A DNA stretch of 64,000 nucleotides from Syncephalis fuscata S228 (Eukaryota; Fungi; Zoopagomycota), in contig JAHLTZ010000006.1 of NCBI GenBank assembly GCA_025786725.1, positions 62,001 through 126,000 of the forward strand, in the 5' to 3' direction. Below, in pieces: positions 48,770-61,845 of this stretch (positions are counted from its first letter, which is position 1; each line of letters starts with the position of its first letter). A program made the translations under genes and the position numbers. The notes under the pieces were generated by a model that saw only the letters and a program-made list of their open reading frames with translations, was not told where the DNA came from and ran no database searches.

Positions 48770-50962
48770 TTATTGTGCACCTGCTGCTTTAAAAGCACCA
48801 AGGGCGTAGTCGACAAAAGAACCAGCGGCTGGAACAGCTTCAGTTACCTTGGCTGCTACATCTTGGGCTGTAGCATTCTGGACTGGTGCTGTTGTTGTCT
48901 TCTTGTCCTCTTCCTCATCGCAATCCTCATCAACAACGGTATCATCGTCGCAGTCTTCATCCTGTTCCTCTTCCTCACAATCCTCATACACATCCTCATC
49001 TTCACAGTCTTCATCATCGGAGCTGGTAGATGGGGTGGTAATAGGTACCCAACCGTGGGTAAGATCGCGGCTGGCAGCAATTTCGAAGTTGGAGGCAGAT
49101 GTGGAAGCAATACCAGCTTGCTGGGGTGTACCGATAATGGCAGCTACTTCGCTGATGATGGTGGATGGTTTGAAAATGTTGCCGATGATGCTCAATGGGC
49201 TCTTGACAATGTAAGTGGAAACCTTTTCACGAAGGTTCTTGACAGCAACATTAACATCGGTAGTGGTGCTATTGACAACAACTGGGATACGTTCAGTACC
49301 AAAGCCAGCTGTAAAGTCGCGTTTGCCTTCAGCAACCAATTTAGAGACAATATCACCACGATTGGCCAAAGCGCAGGCAGATATGTAGCCCTTAATGGAG
49401 TTGAGTTTGTCGTACACTTCAGTCTTGTAGCTGGCTTCACGCTTGCGTACCTGCTCAACTGGTTGATGGTTTCTCTCAAGCCATTCATCAGTAACTGGAG
49501 GAGGTATACGGATCTTGGTCAACGATTCACGATTGTCACCTTCTGGAGTAACAGGAGCATTGGTTGTTGGCTTCTTAATGGCTTCTTTGTCGGCTTCCTT
49601 CTTCTTCTCGGCTTCCTTCTTCTTCTCATCCTCCTTCTTTTCCTTTTCCTCCTTCTTGGCCTTCTTCTCGGCCTTCTTTTCTTCTTCCTTCTTCTCGTCA
49701 GCTTCCTTCTCGTCAGCTTCCTTCTTGTCAGCTTCTTTCTTGTCAGCTTCCTTCTTGTCAGCTTCCTTCTTGTCAGCTTCCTTCTTGTCAGCTTCTTTCT
49801 TGTCAGCTTCCTTCTTGTCAGCTTCCTTCTTGTCAGCTTCTTTCTTGTCAGCTTCCTTCTTCTTCTCAGCTTCCTTATTCTCTTCGTCCTTCTTCTCAGC
49901 TTCCTTCTCAGCTGCCTTCTTGTTTTCAGCTGCTTTCTTATCAGCTTCCTTTTTCTCGGCCTCCTTCTTAGCAGCCTCATCGGGCTGTGGGATGGCGGCA
50001 GGCTGCTTTTTCTCGACGGGCTGCACTTCTACCTTGTCAGCTGGCAAATCACCATAAGTGTAGCAAAGAGCCTTGGTATCGAACATATCCGCAACTGTAA
50101 GGTCGTTCCATGGTGCCATCTTGGCGTTTGGAGTGGCTTGAACAAATTGGCCGTTTACTTTGAACCAACCGCTGAATGCCTTGGCGTTGCCTGGACGAGC
50201 GCCTTGCCATTGCCACCAGACACGGTCAAGCATGGCGTGATGCAAGAAGAAGAGAGGATCTCCTGGGCTGTACATGTTCAACATACCACCACCGATACCA
50301 AGGTGAATACGGGCGTGGCAGGTACCTTCAATATCGATAGAGAATTGGCCGAAGTCTGTGTTGTATGTGATTAACCGTTGAACGGCCTCAATCGAGTAAA
50401 AGGCACCAATGTTGCGGCCATAATCAAATGTACGGCTAAGACATTGGTTATTTGAGTAGTGAGGGGCCCAGTCAGCAAATTGACCGTTTCTAACACAGCC
50501 GCTGCTGTCACCATTGCCACCAAAGTATTTTTCGGTGAACACAATCGACCTCTCTGGTGCTTGCGAGTCGATACTCCAGTCCCAGTAAGGTAGCGTGATG
50601 GTTGGGTCGATAGCTTGCAAATCAATTTCCAATTCGCGGGCCATACGACGATGCCATGGCATAAACAGGGCCGTGCCATGGGTAATGTGGGAATTGTCAT
50701 TGTGCATCTTTGCGTATTGATCGTAGCGTGTTGGTCTGGAACCGGATTGCAGCTTACGGAGGGCGTTGATAAACTTCGTAAGATCAGCATCAGAAAGAGT
50801 ACGGATTTCACGACGTTTTTGGATACCGTTGGCGCACTTGTTCAAAACAATGCGACCTGGGGCGCTTACATCAGCTACGGCGGCATCGACGATTCCGGCA
50901 TCGGATGCAGCAGTAGCTAGTGCGGCTGCCACCGTAAATAATACGAAGGTACTGTATTTCAT
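48770..50962 (-). CDS. Secreted tyrosinase (type-3 di-copper protein) with KKEAD-repeat linker and acidic Cys-containing tail, intronless
   Basis: Signal peptide MKYSTFVLFTVAAALATA; RREIR; CuA MHNDNSHITHGTALFMPWHR; LPYWDW; CuB HARIHLGIGG..SPGDPLFFLHHAMLDR. Confidence 0.93.
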   Translation of the reverse strand: MKYSTFVLFTVAAALATAASDAGIVDAAVADVSAPGRIVLNKCANGIQKRREIRTLSDADLTKFINALRKLQSGSRPTRYDQYAKMHNDNSHITHGTALFMPWHRRMARELEIDLQAIDPTITLPYWDWSIDSQAPERSIVFTEKYFGGNGDSSGCVRNGQFADWAPHYSNNQCLSRTFDYGRNIGAFYSIEAVQRLITYNTDFGQFSIDIEGTCHARIHLGIGGGMLNMYSPGDPLFFLHHAMLDRVWWQWQGARPGNAKAFSGWFKVNGQFVQATPNAKMAPWNDLTVADMFDTKALCYTYGDLPADKVEVQPVEKKQPAAIPQPDEAAKKEAEKKEADKKAAENKKAAEKEAEKKDEENKEAEKKKEADKKEADKKEADKKEADKKEADKKEADKKEADKKEADKKEADKKEADEKEADEKKEEEKKAEKKAKKEEKEKKEDEKKKEAEKKKEADKEAIKKPTTNAPVTPEGDNRESLTKIRIPPPVTDEWLERNHQPVEQVRKREASYKTEVYDKLNSIKGYISACALANRGDIVSKLVAEGKRDFTAGFGTERIPVVVNSTTTDVNVAVKNLREKVSTYIVKSPLSIIGNIFKPSTIISEVAAIIGTPQQAGIASTSASNFEIAASRDLTHGWVPITTPSTSSDDEDCEDEDVYEDCEEEEQDEDCDDDTVVDEDCDEEEDKKTTTAPVQNATAQDVAAKVTEAVPAAGSFVDYALGAFKAAGAQ
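49690..49870 (-). repeat. Coding 15-bp tandem repeat (KKEAD)n inside the tyrosinase
   Basis: Repeated TTGTCAGCTTCYTTC on the plus strand. Confidence 0.95.
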
Positions 50963-53401
50963 GTTAAAATATGGCAATAACCAATATGTATAGATAGGCA
51001 ATAATTGATGCCGGTGTTACGTTTGATGTTATAACAAGTTGAAAATATCAATTTCAAAAAGTAGCGAGGATTAAATGCAACAACAAGATATTGTAGATTG
51101 TAAAGTTTAAAAACGATATAAATCACCTGCCAGCTGGTTGTGACTTGAGTGTAGTCGATAGGTTGGGGCGTTGGAAGAATAGTATAATGGTGTCAGTGTC
51201 AGTAGTGGTAGTGGTAGTAGTAGTAGTAGTAGAGTAGCATTAAACGATAACAACAACGGCGGCTCTTGCGTGTAGCAAATTTCACCGTGAAAATGGGTCA
51301 TATTAATAGTATTTTTTTATATGAGGCATGCGTATTAACAGTGCAGGGTAATCTAGATGATAGGTCCATGATGTCGAAAATACCAGTATTGTTTCTAATT
51401 TCACAAATGAAATGTGTTGAAATAATAAGGGCCACATGTAGGGGCTCATGATAAAACAATGAGATGGGTACACAAACCAGTCACTCATTCATAGAATTGG
51501 ACACTAAGGATTTCCCGCACTTCGCCTTAGCCCAAGCGAACACGTTGCCGCATTCGAGTTGGCCGAGGTCATTGATTGTTAATTTCGCTAAAAATAAATC
51601 CAAAAACAGCTTTTTATTATTTCAAAAAAATGCACCTAAACACGTAGTAACTGCTGCAGAACAAAACAGCTGATTTTGTCGCGCCAAGCATTCCAATACG
51701 TATGCTTGACTAAACGAGTCGAAGCAGTATCTGACATTGAATCAATAGTTCGAGACTGAGTTTGCAAATTCTACAGACTATTTTTATATTGGCTAGGCTA
51801 CGTAATAGGCGACATTAAAATGCGCAAATGTGGAATTGTTGAGCAAATGTTAAAATGTGGAATCCATACAAAAATGGCATGACTAATAAAACGGTTGATG
51901 ATTATTACCATTTTCACCGCGGCAATTAATGGCTGCAACAAACATTTAAACAGTTCTTTTATTTGCATCCTTTAGCCTGAAACATGTAGTTATAGCAAGT
52001 ACATCCCACAAGGCTTTTTGCTATTTTTTTGTATAATGGAACGATGTCGCTAGCGTCATTGCTTCTCTTTCTTCATCATCATGTACTCTACTGCAGAGAA
52101 TAAACTTCAAGTGGTATAGTCATTTGGAGCCATGGTGGCAACCTTATGGTTCCGCCCTTGTTCTCAGCAGAAAGCAGTAGCCTGCACTGTGGCTATTGTT
52201 GACTGCTGAGCAGTACTGGGTCAGTGGCTCACTGCCACTTAAGCTCTGCCATACTAGGCTGCTTTCAAAGAAGGCAGTCTAGTAGATGCATGCTTTCTAA
52301 TTTTTTGGAAGAAGGGAGTAAGTTAAGGCCTGACTCTCATCCCTTCTAACACAACAAAAAACATTAATAGAGAACTAAGCCTTTGTTCTAAAGGCAAGTT
52401 GCAGAAACATAGGCGTCGTTATGCAAGTTGCTGTTCAGCAATGCTTCTAGACAATTGAGCAATTACATTTCTCCTTGTTGTCTTCTCCTATTTCTGTTTC
52501 ATGTTGGTAGCAGTTATCTCACATATACAGTGCAGCAAACGTAGTTGGCACGTTGTTACGCGTTAGCAAGCAAGTTACGTTGTCTCAATTAACAAATCTA
52601 ACCAAATGCCAGGCCATAACTTAATATTGAGCAGTCTATTACCAGTATTATCGTACACGTGCACTTCTACTCCGTTATAGTATTGTTATAGATATGTCGC
52701 TGATATCACCTTCGTACCATACCGAGCATATCAAACAGTAGCTGAAACAATTCAGCGTGCCTATATTATGTCAGTTACAGATATTCGTGCCGTTTGGTCA
52801 GCTGAGTAGCATGTTTTAATGGACATAAGGCGGATATAACGTTTATTGCTATTTATGGTATTTATCGCAGTTTTAACAGTATATTACTAATTTATAGCGA
52901 CAACTACATATGTAGACTCAGCAGTCAACTCCGCCATCATTGGTATTTGCGATCAAAGCAGTCTACGACTATAAATAGTTGCATTAGCAGCATAATATAA
53001 ATCAACGTTATAAATTAAAAATTATTTATTGATAAAAACCTTAGTCTACTTTTAATATCTTTTTATTCATATATTTTGTCATTGTATTGTGTACTACAAG
53101 TAGCTGCAGTAGTTTAACTGTATTTTTCAACTGCACACAATGTTCTCAAATGTAAAATCAAGATGTACAAGTAAAAGCATTATGTATTTATAATATTGTT
53201 GAATAATAAGAGCTAAAAAGCTAAAAATCCCTGATGGGAAAAATTGCCTGATGGGAAAAAGCTAATTACAATAAATGAAACGAATTTTAATTTAAACTGT
53301 TTATAGTAAAGATAATTGTTTGATGTTAATTACAAAATGTTAATGCATTTAATTGTTGACAGTTTAGTTTAAATAAAACATTTGTATTTTATTATAATAG
53401 C

Positions 53402-55559
53402 CTATTCATGTGTTTCAGCAATGTGTTTGCCTTGCGCATCTACAGCTACAATACGGCCTTCAACGACCGGTGCCACGGTAGCCCAATTGATGACGGTATT
53501 TTTTCTATCATCTTGTGGCACGCCGCAGTCATCTAGAACAGTAGACGAAGATTGGCGCTTCGCACGCTGGAAGCCAGTCAAAGCATCCTTCATATCAGTC
53601 TCCGGAACACCCTCTGTAGATGATTGCAACTCTTGTTCGCGCGTACGGCGTCGGACAAGACCTGCTTTAAAAGCATTTACTGCTTCATTAACACGTCCTC
53701 CTACTGCTCGTTCTTGGAACTTGATTGCATTAACGTATTTAAGACCCAAGAAAAATTTACGCAATAGCGTGGAAATTAATATGCCGTTTTCATCATCAAC
53801 TAAGAACTCGCATCCCTTTAGCGGCTCATAACCATCATTGCCGCAGGCGAGATAGTAGCGGGTGCACACTTTATACATATGGTCTAAATCAAGTTCTACT
53901 TCGCCTGGACGAGCTAATGTTGGATCTTGGCCTTCAGAATGGGCGTTGTATGGTGCATTACCATTGGACTGTATCCATACCTTGCGTACACGCGAGCCGG
54001 CCGGTGCTGTTGGCTCGTATACAACTCGACAGCCAGATACATGTGGAAAACGGCCTTCTTGTTTGGGTACAGCACCAAGCGCACTTTCAAACGTTGCTAG
54101 CAATGTTTTGCCAGAAATACGAATAAGCACGCTTGGATCTTCAAATGGAAAAATATTCATAAGATCACGCTTTGATAGAACACCAGGACCGTACGTGGAA
54201 TCAGAGCGAATAGTACCGCCGCACAATAAACCAATGTCGGTACCGTCCCAGTGTAGACGCATTAGATCGGCTGCAAGATTGCCAATGTTGGATTCTTTAA
54301 TACGAACTGTTGTTGAACGAGCATCCCATGCAGTAAGTGTACGGCCTACTGGCGTACTTAGTTTTGCATTGATTTCACCTGTCAATGAAGTAACAAGCGT
54401 GGCCATTTCCTCATCGGCAGTGTAACTCTTTGTAACTTCGACGTGATGAGCTAATATGGATTAATTAGTAGCAAGATAATTGTCAAGTTAAACACCTACC
54501 TTTAATACCGTTAATACGACGACGACCCTCGCTGCGCTTGCCAACTGTAACATCAACGCGGCTTATTTCACGGAAATCACAGCCACTCTTAAGCATACGT
54601 AGGCCACCATCATCTGGTCGGCTCTGCTTAATAGGTTTGCCATCAACATCGGTCAAACAAACGGCACCACCATAGTGCGAAAAGTGGTCATGGCCGCCTA
54701 GAACCAAATCGACCTCTTTATCGAGCTCACGGGCGCAGACTTGGTCATTAGGTAGACGCATATGTGTCAATGCAATGACAATATCGCATTGACCACCCTC
54801 GGCTGACCTTAGATGATTGGCAAGTTTTTTGCCAATTTCTACGTAGTCACGATACTCGACCGTTGGTGGTAAGCTAATGCATTAATAAGCTAATGGTTAA
54901 AAACTAATAAACAGCAACACAGCGACTTACTCTGAAATGGTCTGTAGCCATTCTCTAATGCACATTAATTATTATTAGCTGTGTTGTTATAAATGCTATA
55001 TTAATATATTGAATCTTACTTTTCAACCAAACCAATAACACCGATCTTTATGCCAGCACGCTCTACAATAATATACTCTTTTCCATTGGCTAGAGGCATA
55101 TTGGTGCTTGAGTCAAAGACGTTGGAAAGCAACCATGGAAAATTGCACAAAGCAGCCAGCTTTTCCAAATTGGCTACACCAAAATCAAAATCCTATTTAT
55201 AATATGTAAGTAAAATATTCAATACTGAATATTAGTTAACAGCTTACATGGTTTCCGTAGCAAGCAACATCGATATTTAGTTTATTAACTACTGGCACCA
55301 TATGTTTGCCTTTTGTAACGGAAGACTCGATACTGGGATTGAAAAGATCGCCGCTGAATAGAATCAGTGCATTATCCAACGGAGCCTGGCCATCCACTTG
55401 CTCAGTAAATGTACGGGCTTGTTGTAAAGCGGTGTAGAAACGAGCCGCGCCACCGACCGGCTCCTTTGCTTGTTCATCCAAATGATAAACATCGTTGAAA
55501 TGAACAATACGCAACACCGTCTCTCCGTGCTCGTTGGTCCAGCTGTTATCGGCGGTCAT
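53402..55559 (-). CDS. 5'-nucleotidase family metallophosphoesterase (N-terminal MPP plus C-terminal 5'-NT domain), no signal peptide, multi-exon
   Basis: HFNDVY, SGDLF, YGNH|DFDFG, THMR, LGGHDH, ESNIGNLAAD, GGTIRSD, GRFPHVSG. Confidence 0.92.
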
Positions 55560-56908
55560 AGTGGCTATGTGAAGGGTGCTAATTCTTTACAGGTGAATAG
55601 GATGAATGAGTGTGCGTATACGTACACGTATACACGTAGAGGATAGGTATGCACGCGCATGCCTACAAAGGAATGTGGCTGTTCTTGGAAATCCAAACTA
55701 GTTTCGATAGCACCATTGTACTACTTAGTCTTATGGGTCCAGTGTTAGTTTGTTTGCTATTTTTATATTTACATATATATTAATGCATCACTGTTCAAAC
55801 ACAGCTTAGTTGATCCAACTCATTAATTGCAGTCTTTTGTTTTAAAACTGGTGTTGAGCAGCATATTTTATTAAATACAAATGTTGTAAAACACGAAATA
55901 AAATACAGCTGCTAATTATAAGCAGGTTGCGGAATTACTCATTAATTGTAGATAATGCTATTTAAATTACACTTACCACATTTGGTAATTATAAATTATC
56001 TAAATCTTCCCACAGTTAGAATTGTAATATATGCATTTTTTACCATATTCCAGACCTTATTTTCTACATAAATAGAGAATAGCTATTTAATTAGCTACTT
56101 TTTATTCGCAATAACGTACAGATAAGTTGTTTTAATTTATATCTCTACGTATGTATATATTTATAACTGTTATCGTGTTTTCACAGCAATTTTATAATTT
56201 ACTACAAATATATTGTATATTATATGAAAGCAATATTAAAAATATATTAATTAGCAATATTGTTACTGTTCCACAATTACGGTATATTCATAATTACATC
56301 AAATATGTCACATGATTAACTATTCTACCATATGAATTAGCGATTATATGACACGGCCGAGACATATGGCCCCATGATATTATTTACATACATGCAAATA
56401 GCCACAAGTATACAATAACACAAACAATATTTTATATCTACAATAATACAAGTAATATTTAAGCTATCTTGTTAGTCGGCTTACGTGATTGGCTATACAA
56501 ACTAATAAGTATCACATGAAGAAAGAAGAACAAGCAAGATGTTTAATTTTATCATTAAATATTATTTAATGTCGACGCGATATTTTTTATATAATTACGC
56601 ATATATTTTTATTATCAAAATAAGCCACTATCATTTATTCTAATCTCAATTTTTAGTTTATATTCAAAAATTTGTCCCAGTTTATTTTATTGTCTAAACG
56701 GTGTCAATACGCTGAATGACCACTAATTAGCTGCTCTAACATTTTACATATTTTGTTTGACTAAGGTAAGCTTCTTATTGGTCACGTATTCAAGTACTTA
56801 TTTATAGTGAACCATTATCTCATAACTAATTTTTATTTCAGGTATAAATTTAAGATTAGATATTGCATAGCCGACTAATTGCTGTGTCTAATTTGCATAA
56901 CAATAGCA

Positions 56909-59200
56909 TTGTTAATAAACACATGTCAACAACTAATAACTGTTGTTAGTTGTTTATCGATAATAGTTAGTGTTGATATTATATATATGTACTATCCTTG
57001 TGATTTAGTAGATTTTTCTAATTGCCTAATGTATTTTTAGGCACACTGTTATAACAATACTGACATAATATCGGAATGCTAACAATACTATGGTCGTGAA
57101 AAAATAACATTTTTATTTCTAATAGTTATAATTGTAGTAAACATATCTTGAAAAGCCGATAAAACGCTAGTTTACAGATTTAAACCTTCAATTATCATTT
57201 CAATTCTATGCCAGTATGCAACCGTATTAAAAGAGCTATTGTAGTGTAATTAGATGATAAAAGGCAATGGAATGCGAATTAAAGGCAATATTAATCATTT
57301 AATTAATAAAATGTTGTCAGTATGATGTATACCTTTACGTAAAATCAAGCAAATTGCCTAATATTTTGCACAGTTATGCATTTGATATATAAATAACTAT
57401 TGGCAAAGTATACCGTTATTGCATTGTGTGATGATGTAGTAATTGTAGTAATACACTAATAAATGTACAAAAATAGCAGTTTTTAGTCATTCATGGCATA
57501 TATACTTGAAATACAGTAAAACGATTATTGGATTCGGGTTCTGCATGCTTAGTTATACCGATTGGTATGATTTATAGAACAACGATTTTTGCAAAAAAAG
57601 TTGGTCAAAAATGCAATTTACGTGTCTTTGATTTACTTAGTAAAGCGTTGATATTACTACGTATACCTTTACGTAAAATCAAGCAAATTGTCTAATATTT
57701 TGCACAGTTATGCATTTGATATATAAATAACTATTGGCAAAGTATACCGTTATTGCATTGTGTGATGATGTAGTAATTGTAGTAATACACTAATAAATGT
57801 ACAAAAATAGCAGTTTTTAGTCATTCATGGCATATATACTTGAAATACAGTAAAACGATTATTGGATTCGGGTTCTGCATGCTTAGTTATACCGATTGGT
57901 ATGATTTATAGAACAACGATTTTTGCAAAAAAAGTTGGTCAAAAATGCAATTTACGTGTCTTTGATTTACTTAGTAAAGCGTTGATATTACTACGTATAC
58001 CTTTACGTAAAATCAAGCAAATTGTCTAATATTTTGCACAGTTATGCATTTGATATATAAATAACTATTGGCAAAGTATACCGTTATTGCATTGTGTGAT
58101 GATGTAGTAATTGTAGTAATACACTAATAAATGTACAAAAATAGCAGTTTTTAGTCATTCATGGCATATATACTTGAAATACAGTAAAACGATTATTGGA
58201 TTCGGGTTCTGCATGCTTAGTTATACCGATTGGTATAAGAAATGGAACAATGATTTTTGCACAAAATGTTAGTCAAAAGTGGAATTTATCTGTAAATATT
58301 TTAATGAAAATCTGCTATATATATACCAATAGCATAAATTACCACTGTGTATTAATGTTTTTGTATACTAAATTGCTATTATGTTTTGTTTTTGTGCTGT
58401 AGAGTACTTTAAATTTACTTTATACCAAATTTTATTTTTTATATTAAAATTATAAAGTTTAACCGTTTTCATTAATAGTATTTACAGGTAAATTCCACTT
58501 TTAGCTAATTATTTTTGCAAAAATCGTTGTTCTATAAATCATACCAATCGGTATAACTAAGCATGCAGAACCCGAATCCAATAATCGTTTTACTGTATTT
58601 CAAGTATATATGCCATGAATGACTAAAAACTGCTATTTTTGTACATTTATTAGTGTATTACTACAATTACTACATCATCACACAATGCAATAACGGTATA
58701 CTTTGCCAATAGTTATTTATATATCAAATGCATAACTGTGCAAAATATTAGGCAATTTGCTTGATTTTACGTAAAGGTATACATCATACTGACAACATTT
58801 TATTAATTAAATGATTAATATTGCCTTTAATTCGCATTCCATTGCCTTTTATCATCTAATTACACTACAATAGCTCTTTTAATACGGTTGCATACTGGCA
58901 TAGAATTGAAATGATAATTGAAGGTTTAAATCTGTAAACTAGCGCTTTATCGGCTTTTCAAGATATGTTTACTACAATTATAACTATTAGAAATAAAAAT
59001 GTTATTTTTTCACGACCATAGTATTGCTAGCATTCCGATATTATGTCAGTATTGTTATAACAGTGTGCCTAAAAATACATTAGGCAATTAGAAAAATCTA
59101 CTAAATCACAAAGATAGTACATATATATAATATCAACACTAACTATTATCGATAAACAACTAACAACAGTTATTAGTTGTTGACATGTGTTTATTAACAA
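56909..59200. mobile_element. Non-coding foldback / long-inverted-repeat element
   Basis: 56909-57597 is the near-perfect reverse complement of 58512-59200 (~689 bp arms); no ORF; a related diverged copy lies at ~12030-12620; no TSD seen. Confidence 0.75.
57327..58236 (+). repeat. 334-bp tandem repeat, ~2.7 near-identical copies, inside the foldback element
   Basis: GTATACCTTTACGTAAAATCAAGC starts at 57327, 57661 and 57995. Confidence 0.95.
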
Positions 59201-59993
59201 GAGCCAACAATTTTGCGTTAATGATTAAATAGTACAAATTATTTAGGTTCTAATAGTTTTGGTCACTGAAAAGTAATAGCTCTATTCAATATTAATAAAA
59301 TAATAATTGTTTCTAGTTTAATCTTATTTCTACTCAGTGGCATACATGCTATTCAATTTACTATAGTCAAGCTGTGCTAACTAATGATCAATAAAAAATA
59401 AGTTTATTATTGAATTAATACGACTAAACAACAAATTGTATTCTAAGCATTAAGATAAGCGTTAATAAGCATTATAAATTAACGTTACAAGATAATTTCA
59501 AAATAAAGTATTGCTTGGCCATTTAAGTCGCAGTTTCTAAAAGTAAAACCGTAACACCATGTTTAGCTTTTATACGATATTTTGCAATACGGATTTCTGT
59601 AACTGCTTGTTTCCACATATCAAAAATAAAATTTAACGAATGAGTTATTTGTCTATATACCGTATTTGTACGAGGGCAATACATTCTACTACAACAATAC
59701 ACATACAAATAGTATTTCTACTTAGTTTAAGTCTAGTATATACTTTGCGGTCATGCATTTTATTTACTCGTCTAATAATAACAAATAATATGGCAGAATA
59801 GTTGGTATAAATTTGTAATAATTTACATAAACAATAAAATGTCTTTTGTTCTATCCAACATAACATAAAAAAACAATAGCGTTATTATTAACGAATTAAA
59901 ATATAATATATCATTATTATTACACCAATACTAATAAAAGTTTAGAAATAGGTAATCAGCTGATTTACTAAAAAAACGATTTAAACTCATAGC

Positions 59994-61202
59994 TTAGCCA
60001 CGAAAATTGTTTTTCATTTCGCGTAATTGAGCCATAACATTTACCAAAGAGGTTTGACCTGTTGCTTTTTGTAAAGCCATCTCTCTATAATAGACCATTA
60101 ATAACACCATTCAACTCTATATTACTAATTACTTACTGAGTGCGCATAAATGGATTGCAAGCCAGTTCTGATGCAATGGTGCTTGGTACGGTACAATCGT
60201 GCTTTTGCGCAAAACTCAATTTCTCCTATTAATAGCGATTAGTTTATGTTATATAAATGGTAAATCAACCTACTTGAAGTGCTTTATTATCCGGATCGAC
60301 AGAAATAGCAAACTATCATAATTTGTTTGTATTATTTTCATACCCACTTATTATTGTACCCACTTTAAGATTGGCAAGTGTATATTCATGGCCGCAGTAC
60401 ACCTTTGTATCCTCTGGCAATGCAGCTAACTTGCCCAAAGAAGAAAGCATTTGTTCTGCCGTACCTTCAAAGAATCGACCACAACCGCCAATAAATAGCG
60501 TATCACCGGTGAAAACAACACGCTGATGCTCTTCATCTGCAGCCGAAGGATCGACAACATAATAGCAAATATGACCACTAGTATGGCAAGGCGTTGCTAT
60601 AGCGCGTACCTTTAATTGACCAATCTACATTGAATAAAACAGATGCCGTAGTGGTGTTAATAAGCCACACAATAGATTTGTATCAATCTAACTTACTGTA
60701 AATTCATCACCATCGCCAACATGATGGTTAAGAGCAGCAATACGATCATCGCCACCAAATACACGCAGATCCGGCCGCTCTTTAAAGATCGTCCCGTTTC
60801 CACCCGAATGATCTCTATTACATTAGCATTAAAATTAATACAATTTATTAATCAAAGCATCAACTTACAGGTGATGATGCGTTGTAAGTACCGTTGTAAG
60901 CTTGCATTCATGTCGCTCAACCGCAGCTAGTAAACGCTCTGGCTGTACAGGATCAATGACCGCCGCTATCTATCTATTAATAAAGCTACTTTTAAACAGC
61001 AATAGTAATCTTTACCCTCTTGCGTCACTGGATCAATTAGTAGGTAGGCATAGTTGTCGCCTAAACAAGGTACAGGTTCTACCTTCATAATGCGTGTTGT
61101 GTTTGTTGAATAAGCGTAGTGCCGAGTACTAAAAGACCACCTAGTATTGGCTACAAGTGATTGCTTGCGTAGTAACCTAAAGCGACAATAAAGTGGAATC
61201 AT
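59994..61202 (-). CDS. GLO2: Hydroxyacylglutathione hydrolase (glyoxalase II), multi-exon, with probable mitochondrial presequence
   Basis: [73 protein letters not shown]. Confidence 0.93.
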
Positions 61203-61724
61203 GAACAAATAAGCAATGTGGTGATCACGTCTAGTTTCATCAAGGCGACTTTCTTTAAACAGCCAATTCATTGATACAGTTATTTGGTATAATCATACAC
61301 TATTAGCAGTATCCATCTATTACTAGCATTACAAGTAAAAGCCTATGTATTTTTATTAAATGGGTTATTCTATTCATTTAGAACGCTGTGGCGGACCTTT
61401 AAGCCACTGTCATAGCCTTGTCAATGCGATATACGGCAATCATGGTGGGTGGATTCGTTGGTTGGTTGTGGGACCGTTTTTGACTGATCCGCTTAAGCAC
61501 AAGCCATCATGTGTTCTACACCACTACTATTGCTGCCTATGCCGAAATAGCAATAGCATCGCCGACAAGACCGAGTTGATGGGGATGCGGATAAATACAT
61601 TCACAGACTATACAAGTGACAGGAATGGTGGCTTTATATAGAGATATAGCCATTTCTATAGGTATCTATCGGCCAGATTCGGACGAGAAGTGAGAGAAAC
61701 GACCTTGTCGCCACACCACACTCA

Positions 61725-61845
61725 TTCACTCACACCACACTCACAATAGCACTTACACACACACACACACTTGCCCATCCTATTGTGGATACACTATTTC
61801 CCATTGATATACACACACACACACACACCACACACACACACAGAG
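61725..61845. repeat. (CA)n-rich microsatellite cluster
   Basis: Several CACACA runs; further (TG)n and CT-rich tracts continue to ~63700. Confidence 0.8.

Noticed and set aside
48773-50374. 533-aa plus-strand ORF and other overlapping frames opposite the tyrosinase
   Set aside because: Antisense shadow of a codon-biased, repetitive gene; the product is low-complexity L/F/S/V.
52030-52520. Higher-GC intergenic patch that might be a gene or transposon relic
   Set aside because: Stops in the frames examined and no recognisable motif; cannot be supported without a database search.
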